Assembly (NCBI RefSeq): GCF_026210795.1
Contig: NC_089435.1
Span: 1,426,001 to 1,490,000, forward strand
Direction of reading: 5' to 3'
Length of the DNA stretch: 64,000 nt
Origin: Rhizophagus irregularis
Lineage: Eukaryota
The notes beneath the pieces were generated by a model. It saw nothing but the letters and a program-made list of their open reading frames with translations, ran no database searches and was not told where the DNA came from. The stretch's first letter is position 1. Every line of letters starts with the position of its first letter. This document shows positions 36,612 to 50,289 of the stretch, piece after piece. The position numbers and the translations under genes were made by a program.

Positions 36612-37940
36612 ATGGTGCGGCTTAACAACGATGTACTTTTCCTAATATTTGAAGAATTAATAAATAAAAATCCTCTATTCATTAGAGCTTGGTGTATAGT
36701 AACGGTGCCGATTTTATGAAAAATCCTGAGCAATTTATTCAATCTAAAGAATCAGTGACTAGACTGTTTAACGTAATACTTTTACATTTATCAAAAGAAT
36801 CAAGAGATATTTTGAAGAATAAGGAAATTAATAACCTTATTTTAGAAACATCTCAACGCCCTTTATTTAATTATATTAATTTTTGGAAATATTTAAATTT
36901 ACATTTTTTTAGAGAGTAATTTCTTCATAATGGATCGTGCCTAATGTAATTTAAAGTTATAATATAAGCTTTATTCATTTTTCTATTCAACAAAATTGTC
37001 AATCATACATATCATATTTCAGGAGATGATCATTACTAGAATCTTTTCATTGCAAATCAAGGTATTTTAAAAGGATTGGCTAGAATATGCAAATCAATTA
37101 AAAAATTCTGGTTTTGATGCTAAATATATTTCTGGGTTCATTAAATTATTTGTAGTACAAAAAAATCTTAATGACGTTAGTTTCATTAATATACCAAGAT
37201 TAAATAAGTCATTTACAAATCACCTGAAGGATTAATAATTAAAAATGCAGATACAATCCAATATTTGGAAATTTGTTGGGAGCCTATTACGAGATTTTTT
37301 CATATTTTGTAAATTTAGTTAGAGTGCCTTAGCACGCGTACAATAATGAGAGTTTATCATTACCTAATTTGAAAATTCTAAAAGCTTATCAAGTTGTATC
37401 TGACGTTTCAGTGAACTTAAATTAAAAATACAGTAGGAAATCTTTCTGAAATTAGCATACTTTGTGATGATGCTAATAATAAAAGACTTATACAAGTAAT
37501 TTATCAAAATTGTCCAAATCTTAGATTTCTTAAACTTTAATTGGTTAGCAACATTAATATACTTATCTCAGAATTTGAGAATATACTAATTAATTGTCAA
37601 CTTTAAATAGATTAACTATCAACACACTACGTGATGATAATGAAATTAGTTGGGTTAAATTATTTCAGATCATCACCGGTTGGTTTATTTAAATTTATAT
37701 TTTCTTCTCAAAAGTTAATTAAATTGGAAGATATAAAATTTTTCTTTGATAATTGGGAAGATAGGAATCCTTTATTGTTAAAAATAGGTTGCTCTTATTA
37801 TTTTTTTAAAATGGAGACGAAGCGACAATTAAAAGATTTATTCGAAAATATAAAACGAAAGGAATAATTAAAAAATATTTCATTGGTGATGGTTGTTTCT
37901 ATGCGTATTCTTATGATGATATAGATTTTGGAATTTTTGA
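36612..37940 (+). pseudogene. F-box/LRR family A pseudogene
   Basis: MVRLNNDVLFLIFEELINKNPLFIRAWCIVTVPIL* (TGA at 36717), then frameshifted fragments LFNVILLHLSKESRDIL, IYQNCPNLRFL and FFFDNWEDRNPLLL. Confidence 0.85.
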
Positions 37941-38937
37941 TTAAATTATTACATTATCTCATTTTCCGTGAAGTTTGATAATTTGAGCATACGGAACTTC
38001 AAATAACGACAAAAAACATTCTTTAATAAAGTATAATTTTTACATTTAATTTGCCCATGAATAATTTTGTTATGTCTAGTGTTTTATTTCAACGTGCTTT
38101 ATAAGGTTCCAGTTTCTTTATTTGGATTGAGCGGGATTCCTTTATTAATTTTGATTCACGTACAGCATGAATATATTTTATATATATATATACATTTAAA
38201 TTCTATATACTTTTACTGTATGTATTTTAAAATTTTTCTTTTATTTCAATTTAAAAGATTATTGAATATATATGATATTGTTTTATATACCTCATAGTTT
38301 ACAAGACACAGTATTATGCGCTTATATTGTTTATTGTTGTTCAGATATGGTTTATTATTGTTCTACATGTATAGTGTCACATATTATTTTATATTACAAA
38401 AGCTTATTCAGTTATCCCGTATATGTGTAACCTTATTTTAAAACAAAAAGGGAAATTATAATCAAACATATAGACGATCATTCATCATTGATGTATCTAT
38501 TGTAAGATATTATTCTTACTTTTATTTATGGTTTAAAGAAATAGAATAATATCAAAAGTTTCAAAGTTATGATACTAGCAAGATATAAAGGCAGTAAAGA
38601 ACGTATTAAATTTATTTTCATTTTGAACCACATAATTTTTTAAATGTTTATATATTTTTTTTTTTTAGAAAATAAAAAAAGCCTATCGATCAACCATGTG
38701 ATCGTCAAAGCATGTGATTCTCGTAAATCTCCATGCAGGTAAGATCGTAACCAATCAGAAATTTTTGGAAAAAGCTCATTTTGTTACTAAAACAAAAATT
38801 CATTGAACGCAGATCTGTTGTGTATTTATTACACCAAATACGCCAACTATATTAAATATAAATAAAAAAGTTATTGATTTTTTAATAGCTTGGCAAACCC
38901 TTTTTTGTCTTTTTTTAAGAAAAAAAAAGAAAAAAAA

Positions 38938-40446
38938 ATGTCAACACTAGTTGAAGACGTACTTCGATTAATATTAGAAGAACTAAAATATGATAGAATA
39001 TCACTTCATTCATGTATTTTAGTTAATAAAACTTGGTGTAAGATGACGGTACCAATTTTATGGAAAAATCCTGGACAAAATCTTTTAAATGATAATTCAA
39101 AGAATTTATTATTCAATATAATAATTTTACATTTATCAAATGAATCAAGAAATTTTTTAAAGAAACAAGAAATCGATCTTTTTAAAGATATAATTGAATC
39201 ATATAAACATCCTTTATTATTTAATTATATAAGTTATTGGAGATATTTAAATATACATCTTTTAAAAAGTATGATAGTTTCAATAAAAAATATTAAAAAT
39301 TTTGATAAAACTGAAATACCTATTATAAGAAATGAAATATTTAATTTATTTATTAATAATAATAGAAATACAAAATTTTTACGTCTTTGTTTTCCTCAAC
39401 AATTTGATTATCAATTACATCGTATTTCAGGGGCTGAACATTGTTTTTCAAAACTTGAATCATTTCGTTGTTATGCAAATACCAATAAATATATTTTAGA
39501 AGGTTTAGCAGGGATAAGTAAATCTATTAAAAAATTAATATTTGATATTATGTATAGTATTAATTCTGGAATAATTAAATTAATTGAAGCACAAAATAAT
39601 TTAAAGGAAGTTCATTTTATTGATCATACAATAAATTTAAGAGATGAATCTTTTAGTAGACCACTTGAAGAATCATTAATTAAACATGCTAATACTATAC
39701 AATATTTAAGAATTGATTGGAAACCTAATACAGAAATTCTTTCATATCTTGTAAATTTAATAAGTTTAGATATAAATTTAAGTTTAGTGAGAGATATAAA
39801 TTGGAATCATTTAGAAAAATTATCTTTACCATTATTAAAATTTTTAAGAACTCAAAAAGTTCCATCTAGAATTTTATCAAATATAATTGAAAATACAAAA
39901 GGTTACCTTACTGAAATTAGTATACTTTATGAAGGTATTAATGATAAAAAACTTATTCCAACAATTTATCATAATTGTCCAAATCTTAAATATCTTAAAT
40001 TATCATTATCTGTTAGAAATATTATAGAATTTGAAAATTTATTAAATAATTGTCAACTTTTAAATGGATTAGTTGTTGATATATATGATCATATTATTAA
40101 ATTTGATTGGGATAAATTATTTAAAATATTATCAAAATCTTCACCAATTAGTTTAATTAAATTTAAATTTTCTTCTAATAGAATAATTTCTTTGGAAACT
40201 TTAAAATTATTTTTTGATAATTGGAAAAATAGAAATCCAATGTTTTTACATATTATTCCAATGTATTGTTTTACAAGAGCTGAACAACGAAAACAAAAAC
40301 AACAAGAATTACAACAATTAGAAAATTTAATTAAAGAATATAAAGTGAAAGAAATGATTAAAAGATATTATGTTGATTCACATGGTTCTGCATTTGAAGA
40401 TTTTGAGTGGATTCAAAGAAGATCTGATGCTTACATTGAATTTTAG
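38938..40446 (+). CDS. F-box / RNI-like LRR protein (502 aa), family A
   Basis: The ATG at 38938 (MSTLVEDVLRLILEELKYDRISLHSCILVNKTWC) aligns with paralog starts; intact to stop. Confidence 0.9.
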   Translation: MSTLVEDVLRLILEELKYDRISLHSCILVNKTWCKMTVPILWKNPGQNLLNDNSKNLLFNIIILHLSNESRNFLKKQEIDLFKDIIESYKHPLLFNYISYWRYLNIHLLKSMIVSIKNIKNFDKTEIPIIRNEIFNLFINNNRNTKFLRLCFPQQFDYQLHRISGAEHCFSKLESFRCYANTNKYILEGLAGISKSIKKLIFDIMYSINSGIIKLIEAQNNLKEVHFIDHTINLRDESFSRPLEESLIKHANTIQYLRIDWKPNTEILSYLVNLISLDINLSLVRDINWNHLEKLSLPLLKFLRTQKVPSRILSNIIENTKGYLTEISILYEGINDKKLIPTIYHNCPNLKYLKLSLSVRNIIEFENLLNNCQLLNGLVVDIYDHIIKFDWDKLFKILSKSSPISLIKFKFSSNRIISLETLKLFFDNWKNRNPMFLHIIPMYCFTRAEQRKQKQQELQQLENLIKEYKVKEMIKRYYVDSHGSAFEDFEWIQRRSDAYIEF

Positions 40447-41297
40447 AAATAATTATTAAATGATGAATATAATCATACATTCAATTTGTGTTTTGATGTG
40501 ATAAGCGGGATAATTAGTTTAAATATATAATTATTTTATGAACAGAAAATTTATTTAGGAAATAATTTTAATATATTTATGTATGTATGATATTTTCTTT
40601 ATTAAATAAAACAAAATAGTATTAATAATTATGATAAATATCTTACCCTAAATATGCTACGCTTTATGGAATTATAACGTGTAAAACTATCTATCAGACC
40701 ATAATATTGGTGCTATAAAACTAAGTTTTTTTCACATGAAATTTTTACGTATTAAACTTATATAGAAATTCCATCAATAATAGCTGCTGAAATTATCCTA
40801 TAAAATTTGAGTTCTTTAGGTGTGATGCAATGTTCGAAAATTGACTTGTTTGTCAGCACTGTAATTCTTACCTATTTTATTTATTCATCTATTTATTTTT
40901 TTTTTGTATTATAAAAAATCGTTTAACCGTTAACTCTTTTCTATATATCAAAAATTATAATTTTATTTTTTAATGTTACGCAAGTTACACAAGTTACGCA
41001 AGTTTATTGCAGTGAAACAATTTAATAAAATTAAATTTCGAATAATCATTGTTTGTTTCATTAAAATAATTAGCGCAACATAAAAAGTTAGAGTACAAAA
41101 AGTCGTGTTTACGGTAAACTGATTGGTTACCTATGCCAATTATTAACGTGATCATTCAAAAAAAAGTGACCAATCGGAATAATACCAATTGATCAGCGCA
41201 TGCAGAAATTGTTATACAAATCGCCAAAGTGCGCAAGCGCGCTAAATATAAATTTACGAAGGCTTATTACTTTCCATTGTCTTTTTTTTTAAAAAAA

Positions 41298-41345
41298 ATG
41301 TTGAAGCTTAACAGAAACTAATATTTGAAAATTTAAAATATAAAA
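41298..41345 (+). pseudogene. 5' stub of a family A F-box gene
   Basis: atgttgaagcttaac matches the start of the 33470 gene (atgttgaagcttaat) and has the same promoter layout; stops after 7 codons. Confidence 0.55.
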
Positions 41346-44065
41346 ATCTTAAGTGATATCCATAAGGAACTTCAGAGAATCTTTTTTTTTAAAATTGGAA
41401 ATGTAAAAAATGTAAAAAGAGATTTCCAATTAAATTTAGATGAAGTTGTTTATTCATGAATGAAAATTGCATTATTTATTCTATATATATAATTTTTTTT
41501 AAAAAAAGAATCTTTGAATATGAAAAAAAAATAAAAAAAGATGAAAAATATAACATATATAAATCACAAAGATAAAAAAATTACTCAATTGTGAATATGA
41601 TATATATTCAAGCCAACTCCCTTTATTGGGGTATCTGTAATAGGCGAATTAAATTCGTCAAATGATTGTCTTGTAATAGGGTATCATTTTTTTATGAGTT
41701 AGTGGATAAATACAAAGGATTATTTCAACATAAAAGTTTATTTCTTAATATTATACTATTTTATTATTTGTTATATGAAATTATTTCATTATATATTATA
41801 TATTATATATGTTTTCTATTATGTTTTCTATTCTGTTTTATAATATGTTTTATAATATGTTTTATAATCTGATTTGCAATTTTTTTTTGTGAATAAAGGT
41901 TGTTTATATACGTGCGGATTTTACTATTTAATTAAAAAAATATTAAATAATAATAAATTTTATTATTTAATTAATTTATGATTATTAATAAATTATTAGT
42001 AGTATAATATAAATAAAAAAAACAAAACAATAATTATATTTTCATTATTATTTAGTTGATTAATAATAAAAATAAATAATAAAAAAATGTATAATCTGTT
42101 TTTGGAAATTAAGCTAATTTTGGATGATGAAAATTCTAGTGATATACTATGTTTTTATTTAAATAATAAATAAAATAATAAAAGATTGTTTTGTAATAAA
42201 TAAAATGATCAACCCGGATTAATAAATTGGTACAATATGATTATTAATTATTAAATTAAATTAATATTAATATTTTCTTACTATTTTTTTTTATTTAATA
42301 TGATTAAAAAAAAAAGTACTTTAGTTAAATCACTATTTAAATATTTAAATATTATTTATTATTAATGGGTGCAAATTATTTTGTTTTATTTTGCGATATA
42401 TTGATTTTTATTTTGATTTCTATTTTGATGTTAATTATAATATATTTTACTTAAACATATAATTATTAAATAATTAAGATTTAGGAGAGAAATGAATTTT
42501 TACTTTACAAATAAATGTTGTTTTAATACATAACTGTAGATTTACTATATTTTTTTCTAATCATTGTTATTTAATAATAATTATTATAATTAATAATATA
42601 ATAAATTTCATTATACTAGCTCAAATAGCAAGGTTGAATGGGCAATTCTGTGATAATAGTAATTTTTAATTGTTAGTTTATATTTATTTTTTAAAAAACA
42701 CTAATTATTACTATATATCTGATTATTACTAAAAAAAATCGATAGAACTATTACTTAATAATATTAGAATGACGCCAGTTACCAGGAAGCAAAAGAAAGA
42801 AAAGTAAATTTTTTTTTATAACCGGGAACTAACTATTACTAATTAATATTAGTAAATGTCAATTACCAAACATAAAGAAAGGACAAAGTCTGATTGGACT
42901 CTGATCAGTAAGTTTCGAAAGCTCTGAAAATTGTTTTTATTTATTTTTTAAAAAATATTTTAATTGATTTTTTTTCTTTTTTTCTTATCTATTGTTGGAA
43001 AAAAAATTTCTAAATTGAAAAAAAATCCTAAAAAAAAAATAAAAAAAAAATAAAAACTTCTATTAAAATAAATGAAAATTACTAAATGATTCTGTTGTTA
43101 AAAAAAAAATAATAAAATAACTAAACGATCTATTAAAAAAAATAATAAAAAGTTACTAATAAAAAAAAATAAAAAAAAATTATTAAATGATCTATAGTTA
43201 AAAAAAAATAAATTGTTTAAAAAATAAAAAATACTAATCGTAAAAGAAGAGTGATATTAATTTTAAAAATTTTACAATTTATTAACTTAATAAGTTAATT
43301 GTCTATTACTTATTAATATTAACAAAACTTCAATTACCGGAAATTAAAAAATAATTTAAAATATTAGTAAGCAACATGAATACGAATAGTTCAAGCGCAG
43401 ACAAATCATGTGCTAGACATTAGGTAATTTTTTTAGTATATTATAGATTTTGATAAAATATTTTAATTAACTAAAACACGGGCATCATATGAAACAATAT
43501 TCAATATTTAAACATTTTAAAGCCATTGATTCATTTAATTGTATATCTTTATGATCAATTAATTTTTGAATTAATCTTTATTATCGCTGGTCCAGTTTGT
43601 ATAATTTCATTCAAATAACTTTTTTACATTATTTATATTCTGTATTTACTTATCTATTAACATATTTATCACAAATAATTTTAAAAATTGATTTAAATCA
43701 AAGACTATAATATAATCAATATTATAAAAAATATTTAAAATTAAATTTATAGAAAACTTATATATCTTGTTCACTTCATCCAAAAAATTACTCATTCAAA
43801 TTTCTTATAAGTATTAACGAAACAATATTAATAAATAGTAAATACAAATTTGACGTTCAATTAAAAATTTAAAAGTATTAAAACATATTGTTATTTTTCA
43901 AAATTCATAAAATCAAATATTTAAACATTAAATTCTGACGTAAAGCAAAAAAAAAAAGATAATAAAATGTAAAATTAATTATATGTGCTTATAAACAAAA
44001 AATACCATCAGATTTTATGTTCAAGAAAGAAAAAATATTATAAATCGATTTATGCATCGGTAATA

Positions 44066-45200
44066 AGACGTAAAGAAAGGGGTCTAAAAGAAAAAGACCT
44101 AATAAAGAGAAGACCTAGACAGAGAGAAGATAGACCTAAAAAAAGAAGACGAAAAAAATAAGTTAAAATACCATAACACACACACACTCCACCACTCACA
44201 CACTCCCAACCCACATACCTAAAGAGAGATGTAAAGAAAAGGGCCTAAAAGAAGATCTAATAAAGAGAAGTTCTAGACGGAAGAAGATAAACCTAAAAAA
44301 AAGATGACGAAAAAAAAAATAAAATGAAACACCACATACACAAACCCACACACAAACCCACACTCCCACACTCCCAACCCGCACTCCCACTCCCACCCAA
44401 CCCACACTCCCACACTCCCAACCCGCACTCCCACTCCCACCCACCAACACTCCCAACCCACACTCCCACACTTTCACACTCCCAACCCACACGCACTCCT
44501 AACCCACACTTTCACACTCCCAAACCACACGCACTCCCAACCCACACTCCCACACTCCCAATCCGCACTCCCAACCCACACTCCCATACTCCCAACCCAC
44601 ATACCTAAAAGAGAGATGTAAAAAAAAGGGCCTAAAAGAAGATCTAATAAAGAAGTTCTAGACGGAAGAAGATAAACCTAAAAAAAAGATGACAAAAAAA
44701 AAATGAAATGAAACACCACATACACAAACCAACACTCCCACACTCCCACACACAAACCCACACTCACTCAACCCACATACCTAAGGAAGAAGTGAAGAAA
44801 AGGGCCAAAAGAAAACCTAATAAAGAGAAGACCTAAACAGAGAGAAGATAGACCTAAAAAAAGAGATGAAAAAAAAAAATGACGAAAAAAAAGATGACGA
44901 AACGAAAGAAAAAAGATGACAAAGCGAAAAAAAAGATGATAAAGCAAAAAAAAAGATGACGAAGTGAAAAAAAAGATGATGAAACGAAAAAAAGGGGTCT
45001 AAAAAAAGACCTAGACAGAGAGAAGATAGACCTAAAAAAAAGACGAAAAAAAGATTATAAAAACACCACACATAAACCCAACCCACACTCCCACACTCTA
45101 AAGGAAGACGTAAAGAAAAGGTCCTAATAGATAGAAGACCTAATAAAGAGAAGCCTAGGCAGAGAAAAGATAGACCTCGAAAAAAGAAGACGAAAAAAGT
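44066..45200. repeat. Composite repeat: about five AGACCTA / purine-rich blocks alternating with C/A-rich CCCACACT / CCCAA tracts
   Basis: aagacctaataaagagaag(acc/ttc)tagac recurs at ~44095, 44255, 44640, 44815 and 45137; CCC-tract array at 44345-44600. Confidence 0.85.
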
Positions 45201-45910
45201 ATATATTGTGTATATACAATATTGTTAATTGACTAAAAAAAAGACGATGAAAAAAAAAGAGGGGTATTGAGGGTATATAAATACTTTTTCGAATACACAG
45301 TGACTAATAATAAGATAGTTAGTATCTTGCATAATACAATTGTTTGACAATACAATTGTTTGACTCGGATTTTTTTTTTTTCATTATGATACTAATTGTT
45401 TATTCCCCAAGGATGATGCGATCAGCTACAGTATATCAACTATATCATGTTGCCGGTTACCTTTTTTTTTATTTTTTTTTATTTTCAGTTTTTTTTTTAA
45501 AACTCAGAAAATTTTTTTTTTCTATTTTTGGTCCTCTTTTTCAAACCCGAAAAAATAAATTTTTTTCATTTATTTATATAATTTATATCTTGTGTATTAG
45601 ATAAAAATCTTACGCTATAGTGTAAACTTTTATTGATAAAATGTACTACAATAATGTATGTGTGGCACAGAATGCAAGAAAGATAAAAAGAAAAATTATT
45701 TTATCATTTTTATTATATAAACCATCATTTTTTCATATCAAATAAATTAATTGTGAAATAAAAAAAAGTTATTTCAACACATAGTCGTTGTTTATATTTT
45801 TTTCACGAATATGATCTATATGTTCATTATAAATTATAATAGTATTTTTTATTACGTAAATTAAGAAAATTACTGCGAAGTAATTCGTCACCAGTATAGC
45901 GTGATAATAG

Positions 45911-47169
45911 TCTCGTATGTTACACGTTGATTATCAATTGATTACTTCGTTGAATAAATTTATATTATCTTCTGGATCTTCTGGGTGGTGTTTATTTAAA
46001 AAGATGGGTAAAAAGTCTATAAATACTGGAATAAAAAGTCTATCATCATTAGTCAAAATAAATATATTAACGAGCATGGTACAGATACCGTGAGATAAAT
46101 TATTTGCTGCGTATATAATACTAATCAGATGATATCTGATATCATATTGATCACAGACTACTGGTAACGAACACCAATGGTTATGAATAGCAAACTTCTA
46201 AATTTAATTATGTATATTGATTAAAAGATAATAATCCTGCGGTTACTACTAGTTGGAAATAAATAGGCACCCTATTATTTTACTCATTATAATGAACATG
46301 AACATATAATCATAAAAGTCGGTGGTAAAAGAATAAAAGTGTATTATCTTAGGCTATGTCATTCACCTTTGATTTTAAAGCTGGCTAGTTAACATACCAA
46401 AAAGCTTTTTACGCAGAAGTGCGATTTTGCCATATAACGATAATAAATGTCAACCAATGTATGAAATTCAATGAATTCATATGTATTGAATTAACGATTT
46501 ATATTTAAATTTTATTATGATTATTATTGTTATATTTTATATTTCTTTGGATAAAGTCCTCATATCACCAAAAAGATTTAATATCGTAGTTTTTGTAATA
46601 ATGCATCGTGGCAGAGCTTTATTTATATAAAAATATATTACATTAAATTATTCAAAAAAAAATTACATATAGTGATATTATTAATTTTAGGGCGCAGTAT
46701 AATGTTTAATTTAGGTGTATAAAATTTTACTCTACTACACTTGGAGTCTTGGATGGGAGAACAAAAACAGTTATCAATAACATTTCATCTATCCATGTGT
46801 ACCGTTCAGAACATGTGACAGATTATCGGCGTAATTAGCCGTTCCCTAGATTCCTTATAATATTCACTAATACTGGGATTCATTCCTAAAAAAAATGACC
46901 GCATGGATTAACATTCATACTTACAATTGATTGTTATAAACAATGAACGAATAAGAAGCGTGGTTGAGAGAGCGTGGTTGAGAAGTAAGACGTTCACTGG
47001 AGATATTAGGTACATCTTCCTAAGTAATAATGTACGACCCTGTTATTGATATTAAACAAACATTTATATGTTATTATAATTACCAGGCGTTGTTGAGACT
47101 TTAGTCCAAAGGGTGGCAAGAGTGTAACTGAGCGAAGCTCACATTCAGGGCAAAGCCCACTATTATACA
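45911..47169. mobile_element. Possible solo LTR or LTR-like element (~1.26 kb)
   Basis: Non-coding and more GC-rich; ends ...cccactattatACA; AATAG occurs at 45906-45910 and 47170-47174 (possible 5-bp TSD, but the 5' end reads TC, not TG); shares gggcgcagtat with the element at 63985. Confidence 0.4.
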
Positions 47170-48729
47170 AATAGGACAAAAATGAGGGGACTTTAGAGCA
47201 ATCTTTATACTATACAGTGTAATTCTTAATTACGTTAACCGTTACCATAAGACTTAAAACTATTACGCGTCTCTTCAAGTTCTTCCGGAGTATCTCTTTC
47301 AGGTAAACTATCCTCTGGGTATGAAGCAGAGGTTTCGGTATATTATCCTGGGTCTCGGACTCGTACTAGGCGGGCATTTGTACTGCAAGTGCGGACACGT
47401 CACAAAACTCCTTATAATTCGTGAGGTACACGCAACTTTAATGGAAATTACAACCGTTCTTACAAAAATCCCATTTTTTGGATAACTGAACTCTCCCCTA
47501 TTTTTCGGTTTGTCTTATCTATGCCATCGTTTGCCATTTCATAAATCTGCAGTAAATAATCATTCAGTAAGGTAGTTACGATGAAATCAGATGTTTATGG
47601 CTTGAGAGATTTGGGAGTTATGTTCTATTCAAAACAAACGGCATTCGTGGTCCACTACTTATGGAACTGAAATAAAACGAAAGCATTCCACTCACATAGA
47701 TGATAGAAAATAATGCTTGAGACATACAATGAAAAATTTTCAGGGTGCTTGGTATTCTGGTGTTTTTATAACAATCTGTTTCAAGTACTGACACCGGTAA
47801 AGCCATTGATACTGTTGATGACTACAGAACTTTGGCTCAAACTAATTGTACTCCTCTGGAACGTATTTCATGCTTCGTTGATGTATACCTTTGCCTCTTT
47901 GTTAAACGTCGGGTTTTTCCTTTGTGTTGACCTAAGGTATCACTTTGCAACGTATTGGTGGAACATTCATGTGCATGCAGTTAACTTGTTTGGTATCACT
48001 GTCTATAGAACGGTTGGAAAAAAATAGTATGTATTTTTGGCAACTAAATTTTTTATTACGATTCTATTTTTTCGTTTGTCAAGTAGTAGCAACTTTGCTC
48101 GAATTGTATGTCGATACATTGATGATGTGGTGAAGATGATAACGAAGTAAAAGAGAGCAACAATTCAAAGACACTTATGTAAGTAAAGTAAATAAATTTT
48201 TTATACTCACTTTATTCACTCATTATTTACGCATGCAATAAATAGTAGTATCTATAGTTTTTCATGCCAACAATTTTATAACGTTTTTTTGTTTTAAACT
48301 AAAATAGGAAAATATACTAAAGCTGATAATTCGGTTGATGAATGTTGTTGAATATAATTGAGCTTATTAAATTTGTATCAGCAGGAATTAACAAAATAAA
48401 AGAGAATATATTACTAGTACCTCATTTTGCGCTCTGTAATATTTGTATTTACCTATAATTATTATTAAGATAATTTATTGCAACGATTCCTTTTAAATAA
48501 TTTATCCTTGTGATCGACTTTTTTCGATGATTAATTTCACGTTAACTTTTCTGTCATGATAGGGAACTGGTAATTTGTACTACTATAAATACACAATGTT
48601 TGTTTTGTGTATAAATTTAGAATGAAAGGTGTCGCTTACTTTATCAACAAAAAAAAACTCGAAGTTTTTAATTTTCCGCATTAAATACTGCATATGTTGC
48701 CAGAGGTAGCGTAATCATGAGTTACTAAC

Positions 48730-50050
48730 TTTCATTTTCTTTCTTTTTCTTTAGATGGTTCTTTCAGATTTCTCTGGATGATTTCATTTTTTTCTTCCTT
48801 ACTGCGCCTTTTAACGAACTGTTACTAACAGTTTTTTTTAGGTGATTCTCGAACATAGATTCGATGAGTGGTATTTACTTTTATTTTAAATTAACTCTTT
48901 CAACGAAACGTTAGAAAACGTTTCAGTTTTTTTTCTTAGGTGGTTTTTTCAATTTCTTTTGCCGGAAGATTCTCCCTTTTTTTTCTTGAATTTTTTTTTA
49001 TTTTAATGAATAGTTTCTAATTGCTTAATATTTTTTAGGCGTTTCTTTGGCTGTTTGTGTGTGGGATTTTGGTGAGCATATTATTTATTTAAATTCTTTA
49101 TTTCCGTCTTAAAATGGTTACTAAATTTTTTACTTTCTCCTTTTTTTAGATGGTATGGACACGTAGGATCTCGGTGAGAAATCGGCCTCAATTTTTCTTA
49201 TTTTTAGATGAGTCTAGGCGTTTGGAACAGACAAGTTTTGAAAAGGAATTAAACTTTTTATAAAAGTTTCTTTTATTTTTTTTCGCCATTTTTATAGGGA
49301 AATCAGCTCAGGAAATCTGGACACCATATTCCCATTTGAGAGTTTCGAAAAAAGAATTTGAACTTTAATAAAGCATTTTTTTAATCTTTCTTTTCCTTTT
49401 TTTTGTAGGAAAATCGATTTCGGACTTGGAACCAGATCCAATCTATCGGATAGTCATAGAATTCGTGTATGTCAAAACGTATAAGTTTCAAAAAAATGAA
49501 TTCAAATCCTTAAAAATTGAAACCAGTTTTTAATCTTTTTCCTACTTTATAGGGGATCCTAGATGTTTCGAAAAAAAAATATTCGAAACTTGGTTTTTGT
49601 AGGGAATTCGGTAGCAACAGATTCTCAAGTGACTGAGTTTCAGAAAAAAAAAATTCAAAATAATTTTTATTCTTTTTTTGATTTTCTTTTGTATCATTGG
49701 ACTCCTGACTTCGGAACCCTTATGAAAAGACGTTAATTATAGTAACATCTTTTATCTTCTCCTCTGACTTCATTATCTCTCGGTATGATAATGGATTTTA
49801 TGTTGTACAAGTGCGAAATTAGTAGATTGAAAGTAAATTTTTGGAATGAACCAAGCTAAAAACGTTTTTATTATCGTTTTTTGAGACGGTTTCTACTACT
49901 TGAATGGATTGGATGGCAAGTTGGAATTTTTTGAAACTTTTTTTTTATTGGGAAACTTTATTAATGCTTCCTTCTTTCTTTTTTTGTAGGAACGGGTTTC
50001 TGATTCTTGGCTAGATTAAATGGTAAAGTCAAAAAGGTTCCGAAAATAAA
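48730..50050 (+). repeat. Array of homologous intron-like units separated by short unique segments
   Basis: About 11 polypyrimidine-TAG junctions; a recurring AGTTTCRAAAAAA..AATTYRAA...TTTT.TAGG unit at ~49233, 49340, 49483, 49564, 49635 and 49918. Confidence 0.55.
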
Positions 50051-50289
50051 ACATTAAAACTGTTTTATTATCATTATTTAAAGTTTATTAATAGGTAATC
50101 AATTTCAATATATTGTAATAGCACTTTAGCAATAGATTGTACAATAAGTTTTTTACAATGATACATTTTAACAATTTATATTACAATATGTATTATAAAG
50201 CTATGGTACAATGTTCCTACAAGACCAATAACGAGAATCTTAACATGGTTTGTATATAATGCACTGTAATATTAATTTTAAATACATTT

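Noticed and set aside
38890..38937. TTG-initiated N-terminal extension of the F-box gene
   Set aside because: Paralogs start at the position equivalent to ATG 38938; the extension is T/A-run leader sequence
42769..42915. Micro-exon gene starting MTPVTRKQKKE
   Set aside because: Splice-like signals are present, but I could not build an open, recognisable product
44345..44600. Interstitial telomere
   Set aside because: Units are CCCACACT / CCCAA, not tandem CCCTAA, and sit within a higher-order repeat
44196..45086. His/Pro/Thr-rich, Gly/Val/Trp-rich and Phe-rich ORFs
   Set aside because: Translations of low-complexity skewed repeats, open in several frames at once
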